From assembly GCA_963699165.1 (NCBI GenBank), contig OY969413.1, forward strand, positions 788,562 through 852,561: a stretch of 64,000 nt of DNA, given 5' to 3'. This document shows positions 57,667-64,000 of the stretch, one piece after another; within the stretch, counting starts at the first letter, position 1; the number at the start of each line of letters is the position of its first letter. Source of the stretch: Candidatus Kaiserbacteria bacterium (GTDB taxonomy: Bacteria; Patescibacteriota; Minisyncoccia; Phycocordibacterales; Phycocordibacteraceae). The notes under the pieces are model-generated. The model did not search any database, was not told where the DNA came from, and was given only the letters and a program-made list of their open reading frames with translations. A program made the position numbers and the translations under genes.

Positions 57667-57695
57667 AATCTATAGTGTTCCGACCATTGCGTCAA
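57667..57695 (-). promoter_or_regulatory. sigma70 promoter of the BtpA-like gene
   Basis: Minus strand TTGACG (57695-57690) -17 bp- TAGATT (57672-57667). Confidence 0.75.
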
Positions 57696-57700
57696 ACCCG

Positions 57701-58780
57701 TGTACGCGTCCAGTACTTTTGGCAGTCCCCGACGGTTAATGTACACACAATATACCGCAAGGGGGACACCATGCCGAGCGACTGGTGCGGGCGTTTGGTG
57801 TTGTACCAGATCAGCCAGTCGACAAGCTTCAGATTGAAGGAATGAATATCGTCCCGCAGCAGGCCCCGATTCAGCATGATGAAGTCCTCGGAGACGGTGC
57901 GATTGAATCGTTCGACGTGGGCATTCATCTTGGGAGTGCGGGGGCGGGTGTGAAAGTGCGTGAGCCCGAGTTCGGCACAGGCATCCTCGAAGTGTTTGGC
58001 GAACTCGCTCCCGTTGTCGGTCTGCAACTCGTCGATATCGAAGGGGCAAACCTCGATGACTCGGCGAAGGAAGTCGTCCGCGCTTCTCGACGAGTGGTTC
58101 GTATACGCGCCCGCAAAGGCGAACTTCCGCTCCACATCCACTGCCGTGAGGACGTACCGCTTCACGCCGTCGATGAAGCGGACGACGGTATCGAGCTCCA
58201 TGCCGCGCTTGCCGGTGCGGCGAAGCTTGGTACGGCGTTTCTGCGGTGTTTCCGTGTGATTGCCCGTACGTGCGTGGAACGAGAGCCGGCTCTGCTGCGG
58301 GAGCAGACCGCGGTTCTTCAAATCCAGAATGACCCGCCCAACGTATGACTCCGACACGGAGTGCCCTTCTTCGCGCAGGAGAACGGCAAGCTTTGCTTTC
58401 CCAAGCCGGGGATGCGCCTGTCGTTCGCGGATGATGAAATCCTCGACCTCGGGCAGAACAGTCCTCCTTCGACGCGCCTTCGGCGCAGTGCTCTTCGGGT
58501 CAAGTGCATCAATGCGGCCCTCGTGGGCTTTGAGTTCCTCCTTCCAGCGATACAAGGTGCGCTCCGAGGTGCCAAAGGCGTCGTATGCGGCCTCCGTCCC
58601 GTGCATGTCCCAGAATCCCAATATCTTCACCCGTCTGTCGACTTCCTTTGGTTTCCGCATATGCCGCAATCGTATCGTCCTTTCCCACATGCTCAACCAG
58701 CCCTTCGTACCCCTGAAATTGCTTCTGATGTGCATATATCCTCGGTTATGAGGACTGCCAAATGTATCTGAACTTATGCA
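57701..58780 (-). mobile_element. IS481-family element type A, copy C
   Basis: Inverted copy; perfect 5-bp duplication ACCCG at 57696-57700 and 58781-58785. Confidence 0.95.
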
Positions 58781-59289
58781 ACCCGCTCCAATGTAATCCA
58801 TCGATACCGAAGTCCTTCCGATTCTCTCCGCTCCTCGGCGACAATTTTTGAAAACTCTTTCTCATAGGGAGGGAAAAAGGCATCAGCCGGAGCCTCGGCC
58901 TCGATAATCGTTAGGTACAAGCGATTCGCAATCGGCAGCGCCTCGCCGTACAGTTCTGCTCCCCCGACTACGAATATCTCTTCAGCTCCAGGAGCATTCT
59001 CTACTGCCACGAGAGCTTCTTTCAGTGAGTGCGCGATTATGGCACCGGGAGCTGCATAGATTTGCGAGCGGGTTACGACAACGTTAGTGCGGCCTTTAAG
59101 AGGTCGCGAACTTGCCGGCATCGATTCCCACGTCTTCCGTCCCATGATGACCGGGTGTCCCATCGTCAATTTTCTAAAACGCCCCATCATATCGTCGGAA
59201 ATATGCCAAATGAGGTCTCCACCGAAACCGAGTTCTCGGTTCTTTCCGATGGCGGCTATAATGGAAATACAGGGTTCTTTTGATTGCAT
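58774..59289 (-). CDS. folA: Dihydrofolate reductase; stop codon now supplied by the IS
   Basis: ISIIAAIGKNRELG, VIMGRKTWES, RPLKGRTN, VVGGAELY, DAFFP. Confidence 0.95.
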   Translation of the reverse strand: MQSKEPCISIIAAIGKNRELGFGGDLIWHISDDMMGRFRKLTMGHPVIMGRKTWESMPASSRPLKGRTNVVVTRSQIYAAPGAIIAHSLKEALVAVENAPGAEEIFVVGGAELYGEALPIANRLYLTIIEAEAPADAFFPPYEKEFSKIVAEERRESEGLRYRWITLERVA

Positions 59290-59315
59290 GTCAATATCTT
59301 TTCTTTGCAGTATGC

Positions 59316-59327
59316 GTAGTATACTAC
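59316..59327. promoter_or_regulatory. Palindromic bidirectional -10 element between folA and the dcd-like operon
   Basis: GTAGTATACTAC gives TATACT on both strands within a 42-bp divergent gap. Confidence 0.55.
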
Positions 59328-59331
59328 CAGC

Positions 59332-59895
59332 ATGTCGGTCATCGGAATCAACGAGGTCGTGCGGAGAATCAAGGAAGAGAATCTCATCACCGGACTCGGC
59401 GGCCGCGACTTTTCGAATCCGGAAGGAACGGGTATCGACCTGCGGCTCGGCGCGGTGCACAAAATCATCGAAGGCGGTGCTTTTATCGAAGCCGATGGTG
59501 CGGCCGGTCTTGGCAAGCGCCGCGGAGTGAAAACCGAAGAACTGCTTCATTTGAAAGAAGGGGATGTGCAGGACGAATTGGTGGTGAAGCCGGGCGAATA
59601 CTACCTTGTGCAGACGGCAGAAACTATTTCCACTCCGCTCGACCTTATGCCGATGGTGTATCCGCGAAGCAGTCTTTTCCGCGCCGGACTTCTTTTGCTT
59701 GCGACCAAAACGGACCCCGGGTATACGGGGCCGCTCACCTTCGGCCTTACAAATCTAAGTCCTTTTGAAGTTCGCCTCCAGCTCGGCGCCCGTTTTTGCA
59801 ACATCGTTTTCCATAAAATCGAAGGAGAAACCATCGGATATCGCGGACAGCACCAGGGCGGGCGCATCTCGCACGGCGAAGAACAGCAAGTGTAA
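59332..59895 (+). CDS. dCTP deaminase/dUTPase superfamily protein
   Basis: IDLRLG, PRSSLFRAG, DPGYTGPL, YRGQHQG. Confidence 0.85.
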   Translation: MSVIGINEVVRRIKEENLITGLGGRDFSNPEGTGIDLRLGAVHKIIEGGAFIEADGAAGLGKRRGVKTEELLHLKEGDVQDELVVKPGEYYLVQTAETISTPLDLMPMVYPRSSLFRAGLLLLATKTDPGYTGPLTFGLTNLSPFEVRLQLGARFCNIVFHKIEGETIGYRGQHQGGRISHGEEQQV

Positions 59896-59897
59896 TT

Positions 59898-60461
59898 ATG
59901 TTTCTTTCCGATGTAGATATCGAAGAGGCAGTCAAGAGAAAAGCGATTACGCTTGATCCGTTCGTGCCTTCGAGGCTGCAGCCGGCGAGCTACGACATCC
60001 TTCTCGGAAATAAATTCATCGTGAATGACGAGACGTCGACGCATTTCATCGACCCATCCCGGAAGATATACGCGAAGACGCGCGAGATAGAAGTGGAGGA
60101 CGGCGGCGAATTCGTCCTGCACCCGGGAGTCTCCGTGCTCGGGACATCGAAGGAATTTTTCGGTTCGGATGAATATTTAATCCAAGTCGGCGGGAAATCC
60201 AGTTTGGCCCGCGTCGGCCTCATGATTCACAACACCGCCGGCCTCATTAATCCCGGCCACTTCCTGCACATTACATTCGAGCTGTGCAATTTAAACAACG
60301 TGCCGATTATTCTCCGGCCGGGCATGGAAATAGCCCAGCTCACGTTCTCAAAAATGTCGTCGCCGACAAAGCAAAGCTATGAAAAAGTCGGACGGTTTGC
60401 AAAAGACAACTGGCAAAATTTCACTCCGCCGAAGAAAAAAATTTTAAAAGTAAAAAAATAA
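59898..60461 (+). CDS. dcd: dCTP deaminase
   Basis: QPASYDI, GKSSLARVGL, TAGLINPG, ITFEL. Confidence 0.88.
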   Translation: MFLSDVDIEEAVKRKAITLDPFVPSRLQPASYDILLGNKFIVNDETSTHFIDPSRKIYAKTREIEVEDGGEFVLHPGVSVLGTSKEFFGSDEYLIQVGGKSSLARVGLMIHNTAGLINPGHFLHITFELCNLNNVPIILRPGMEIAQLTFSKMSSPTKQSYEKVGRFAKDNWQNFTPPKKKILKVKK

Positions 60462-60465
60462 AACC

Positions 60466-61431
60466 ATGAGCACCCGCCATCCCGAATACCAGTATCTCGA
60501 TCTGGTGCGCGACACGCTTGAAAACGGGGAAGAGCAGGTGGACGCCGGCACGGGGATAAAGACGTACAGCGTATTCGGCCGGCAGATTCGTTTTGATTTG
60601 TCGGAAGGGTTGCCGCTGCTCACGACCAAAAAAGTGTACTGGAAAGGCGTGCTGCATGAGCTGTACTGGTTCCTCTCGGGACAGTCGAACATAAAATATC
60701 TTGTCGACAATAATGTGCATATTTGGGACGACTACCCGTACAAGATTTATGTCGAGAAAGGAATTGCTCCGGCGCTTACGAAAGAAGAGTTTATCGCCAA
60801 AATTGCTGGCGATGCGGCTTTCGCAAAAGAGCACGGAGAACTGCGCCATATTTACGGCGAACTGTGGCGCCGTTGGCCGGCAAGCGACGGGCGCGCCGTT
60901 GACCAGCTTGGATGGGCAGTCGAAGAGCTTCGCAAAGACCCGGATGCGCACAACACGCTCGTCACCTCATGGAATCCGGAATATCTCTACAAAATGGCGA
61001 AGCCGGGCGAAGGCGTTCGTTTTCCGATTTGCCACAATCTCTACCAGCTCAATATCAAAAAAGGCAAAGTGTGCCTGCAGTTGTACCAGCGGAGCGCCGA
61101 CATTTTCCTCGGCGTGCCTTTCAACATCGCAAGCTATGCTCTGCTCACCATGATTATCGCGAAGATTCTCGGGCGCGAACCCGGCGAATTCGTACATACA
61201 TTCGGCGATTTGCATGTGTATGAAAATCATCGCGAGCAGGCGCAGGAACAGATTGCTCGCGAACCGCGTCCGTTCCCGACCGTGAAATTTATCGAGCAAT
61301 TCAATTCGCTCGATGCGTTCCGCCCGCAATTTGCCGAACTTGTGGGATACGACCCGCATCCGTCCATAAAGGCAGAAATGGCTGTCGTAGGCGGTTACAA
61401 TGAGAAAATGCACGGCACAGCGTCCGGCTAA
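60466..61431 (+). CDS. thyA: Thymidylate synthase
   Basis: PLLTTKK, ELYWFLSG, FPICH, YQRSAD..LGVPFN, GDLHVYENH. Confidence 0.95.
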   Translation: MSTRHPEYQYLDLVRDTLENGEEQVDAGTGIKTYSVFGRQIRFDLSEGLPLLTTKKVYWKGVLHELYWFLSGQSNIKYLVDNNVHIWDDYPYKIYVEKGIAPALTKEEFIAKIAGDAAFAKEHGELRHIYGELWRRWPASDGRAVDQLGWAVEELRKDPDAHNTLVTSWNPEYLYKMAKPGEGVRFPICHNLYQLNIKKGKVCLQLYQRSADIFLGVPFNIASYALLTMIIAKILGREPGEFVHTFGDLHVYENHREQAQEQIAREPRPFPTVKFIEQFNSLDAFRPQFAELVGYDPHPSIKAEMAVVGGYNEKMHGTASG

Positions 61432-61436
61432 TACCT

Positions 61437-62696
61437 ATGAATGTCTACCAACACATCAAAGACGAAGACGCGGAAATATATGCGGCGATAGCGGGCGAGG
61501 AGAAGCGGCAGGAGGAAGGGCTTGAACTCATCCCGTCAGAAAATTACGTGTCGCAGGCGGTGAAAGAAGCGATGGCGTCGTCGCTCACTAATAAATATTC
61601 GGAAGGGTATCCGGGCAAGCGATATTACGGCGGGCAGGAATTTACGGACAAAGTCGAGCTGATTGCTATCGAGCGGGCAAAAAAACTTTTCAATGCCGCG
61701 TATGCAAACGTGCAGCCCTTGGGCGGCGCAAATGCAAACATTGCAATGTACATGGCGCTCCTTTCCCCCGGCGACACGATTCTCGGCATGGACCTTTCGC
61801 ACGGCGGGCATCTCACGCACGGCCATCCGGTAACGTACCTCACCAAGATTTTCGATTTTGTGCGGTACAAGATGAAGGATGTTGAGACGGGCGAAATAGA
61901 TTATGCGGAGATGCTGCAAGTCGCGAAAGAAGTGCGGCCGAAAATAATTCTCGCGGGCTTTTCAGCATACCCGCGCGAACTCGAGTATCAAAAATTCGTG
62001 GACATCGCGCGTGACGTCGGCGCCCTCGCCGTGATGGACATCGCGCATATCGCAGGGCTCATCGCGGGCGGCGCGGCTAAGAATCCGTTTGATTTCGGTT
62101 TCGACATCATGACGACAACGACGCACAAAACACTGCGCGGTCCGCGCGGCGGCATGATTCTCACGCGCGAAAGCGAAGAGCTCGCAAAGAAAATCGACAA
62201 GGCGGTGTTTCCCGGTCTTCAGGGTGGTCCGCATATGCATCAGATTGCGGCAAAAGCGGTTTCGTTTAAAGAGGCGCTTCAATCGTCCTTCAAGGCATAT
62301 GCGAAGCAAATCATTTTGAACGCAAAGGCGATGGAGGGCGTGTTCAAGGAACAGAAAGCGCGCATGATTGCGGGCGGTACCGACAACCATCTTATTTTGC
62401 TCGACGTCTGGACTTCGTTCGGCGTTTCCGGTGCTGATGCAGAGATATTGCTCGATCGCGCAGGCATCACGCTCAATAAAAACTCGATTGCCGACGATAC
62501 TCGAAAGCCGATGGACCCGTCCGGCATTCGTTTTGGAACGCCTGCCGTCACCACGCGCGGATTCGGCGAAGCCGAATCCGCGCAAGTCGCGAAGATAATG
62601 GTGGACGTGCTCACGAAAAAGACCGATGCTGCCGCGGCGAAAGAGGAAGTCAAAAAACTCGCCCTGTCGCATCCGATTCCCGGATCGTTCGTCTAA
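61437..62696 (+). CDS. glyA: Serine hydroxymethyltransferase
   Basis: LIPSEN, KYSEGYPGKRYYGG, TTTTHKTLRGPRGG. Confidence 0.97.
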   Translation: MNVYQHIKDEDAEIYAAIAGEEKRQEEGLELIPSENYVSQAVKEAMASSLTNKYSEGYPGKRYYGGQEFTDKVELIAIERAKKLFNAAYANVQPLGGANANIAMYMALLSPGDTILGMDLSHGGHLTHGHPVTYLTKIFDFVRYKMKDVETGEIDYAEMLQVAKEVRPKIILAGFSAYPRELEYQKFVDIARDVGALAVMDIAHIAGLIAGGAAKNPFDFGFDIMTTTTHKTLRGPRGGMILTRESEELAKKIDKAVFPGLQGGPHMHQIAAKAVSFKEALQSSFKAYAKQIILNAKAMEGVFKEQKARMIAGGTDNHLILLDVWTSFGVSGADAEILLDRAGITLNKNSIADDTRKPMDPSGIRFGTPAVTTRGFGEAESAQVAKIMVDVLTKKTDAAAAKEEVKKLALSHPIPGSFV

Positions 62697-62748
62697 CTCT
62701 CGGCAGTAAGCGCAATCAGCTGCACCAGCGCGGCGGCGCAATGCAAAT

Positions 62749-62766
62749 GGTATGATATATCATACC
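62749..62766. promoter_or_regulatory. 18-bp palindrome, upstream copy (overlaps extended -10 TGgTATGAT)
   Basis: GGTATGATATATCATACC. Confidence 0.75.
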
Positions 62767-62769
62767 CCC

Positions 62770-63198
62770 ATGACGCACGTGTCGAAAAAGAAAATCAAGA
62801 AACCAATCGCGAAAGATCTTGCCGATCAGTTTTTAACATTTCTAACCGTAGCTCATACGAAACAAGACGCGCGAATATTCGCTAATGAACTTTTTTCGCA
62901 AACCGAGCGCGTGATGCTCGCCAAGCGCCTTGCAATCGTCATTCTGCTCACTCGCGGGTATTCTTTTACTCAAATCGAATCATCGCTCGGTGTTACGCGG
63001 CAGACAGTTGTGCGAATATGGAAAGAGATGCAAGTTGGCGGTTTTCGGAAGATTGCATTTTACGCGCGCAAACACACGAAGCATTTCAGGCGGGAATCCA
63101 CAATTGATGCCTTTATCAGGATTCTCCATCTAGGAATGCCCCCGCGAGCGGGGAAGCGTTGGCAACAGCTCGATAAGCTTTGGGGTTTTGAAGGATAA
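62770..63198 (+). CDS. TrpR/YerC-like HTH protein
   Basis: MTHVSKK, TERVMLAKRLAI, GYSFTQIESSLGVTRQTVVR. Confidence 0.85.
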   Translation: MTHVSKKKIKKPIAKDLADQFLTFLTVAHTKQDARIFANELFSQTERVMLAKRLAIVILLTRGYSFTQIESSLGVTRQTVVRIWKEMQVGGFRKIAFYARKHTKHFRRESTIDAFIRILHLGMPPRAGKRWQQLDKLWGFEG

Positions 63199-63231
63199 GC
63201 GCGGAATAATCGCAGAACGCAAGCATAAGAA

Positions 63232-63249
63232 GGTATGATATATCATACC
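63232..63249. promoter_or_regulatory. 18-bp palindrome, downstream copy
   Basis: GGTATGATATATCATACC, identical to 62749-62766. Confidence 0.75.
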
Positions 63250-63329
63250 CCTTGTGAAAGGTGGGCGGGTCGCGGCCTGCTGCGTTGTGGATTTCCGAAT
63301 TGTTCGCATAATCTGGTACACTCTTTCGC

Positions 63330-64000
63330 ATGGAAGAGCGCATACGAAAAGCGATTGCGGATGAACTTAAAAGCGCGGGAGCTGGTGATGTTGCGTTTGC
63401 CGTTGAGCGGCCAAGCGATGCGGCGCATGGCGACTATGCGACAAATGCCGCGCTCGTCGCCGCAAAAACGCTTGGAAAGAATCCGCGCGAGCTCGCGGAC
63501 GAGCTCGCGCGTTCCATCATCGATTCTCTCGGCAAAGACATCGCGAGTCACGTGTCAGTGGCCGGTCCGGGGTTTGTAAACATTACGCTCGCGCGCGAGG
63601 TGGTGACATTTGCCGTTGCGGAAGCCGATGCGAAAGGAAACGAGTGGGGAAAGGGAATTGCGGAAGATGGGAAACGAATTATCGTCGAGTACTCAAATCC
63701 AAACGCATTCAAAGAAATGCACCTTGGGCATTTGGTCGGGACCGTGGTCGGCGAAGCTGTGTCGCGGCTTTTCGAAAATTCGGGTGCGACGGTTGTGCGC
63801 GACACGTTTGGCGGCGACATCGGTCCGAATGTCGCAAAGGCGCTCTGGGGACTTCAAGAAAAAGGAATCATCGAACCCGAGACCGCACGCGAGATTGGCG
63901 TTGCATATGCCGAGGGCTCAAATGCGTACGAGAGCGACCCGAATGCAAAGGCGGAAATTGATGCGCTGAACAAAGCGATATATGCCGGCAATGACCGCGA
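63330..64000 (+). CDS. argS: Arginyl-tRNA synthetase (5' part, runs off window)
   Basis: HGDYATN, AGPGFVN, VEYSNPNAFKEMHLGH; absent from the ORF track because no stop falls in the window. Confidence 0.95.
   Translation, partial: MEERIRKAIADELKSAGAGDVAFAVERPSDAAHGDYATNAALVAAKTLGKNPRELADELARSIIDSLGKDIASHVSVAGPGFVNITLAREVVTFAVAEADAKGNEWGKGIAEDGKRIIVEYSNPNAFKEMHLGHLVGTVVGEAVSRLFENSGATVVRDTFGGDIGPNVAKALWGLQEKGIIEPETAREIGVAYAEGSNAYESDPNAKAEIDALNKAIYAGNDR

Noticed and set aside
59290-59550. N-terminally extended 258-aa FolA
   Set aside because: Extension is antisense to the dcd-like gene; DHFR similarity starts at the ATG at 59289
1990-63969. Numerous long antisense or alternate-frame ORFs (e.g. 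9721-10530, 20161-20907, 53307-54194, 61962-62741)
   Set aside because: Shadows of real genes in GC-rich codon usage with no recognisable motifs
1-64000. CRISPR array or cas genes
   Set aside because: No regularly spaced direct repeats with unique spacers and no Cas-like ORFs seen
1-64000. UGA recoding (code 25 as in Gracilibacteria/Absconditabacteria)
   Set aside because: Conserved genes such as polA and pilM end at TGA at normal length and no core gene is broken by TGA

Overview
Chromosomal window from a Patescibacteria (CPR) genome, most like Parcubacteria/Kaiserbacteria. This is inferred from gene content and order, a type IV pilus pilMNO block, tRNA-Arg(GCG), few Shine-Dalgarno sites and standard code 11. 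The housekeeping backbone includes ruvB (partial), gspE/pilB, tsaE, polA, holA, murE, ruvA, rpsT, aspA/fumC, aroK, ruvX, pilM-N-O, uppS, an rluA-type gene, rplS, secE-nusG-rplK, folA-dcd-like-dcd-thyA-glyA and argS (partial). There are 9 tRNA genes and 8 IS copies (IS30 x1, IS3 x2, IS1595 x1, IS481-type x4). Two large-serine-recombinase islands interrupt the backbone. Island 1 (~17.4-37.2 kb) carries a ParB-methyltransferase/TerS-like/nuclease-less TerL module with no portal or capsid genes, two large structured ncRNA candidates, a tRNA-Pro, a PLD-helicase + type IIG-like methyltransferase, two very acidic mini-proteins and a ClpP-like + HEPN operon. Island 2 (~44.7-50.0 kb, at tRNA-Leu GAG) carries a broken recombinase, stacked IS elements and a probable remote DGR target gene. 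Main findings: (1) an IS481-family element whose three copies all sit exactly 5 bp upstream of a sigma70 -35 TTGAC box, and whose transposase lacks its own stop codon and borrows the TGA of that box; (2) tRNA-tailing repeats containing antisense copies tailored to each tRNA, plus a conserved tRNA leader motif; (3) the island ncRNAs flanking the terminase-like module; (4) a TrpR-like gene bracketed by identical 18-bp palindromes. All calls are by eye; no database search or folding program was run.
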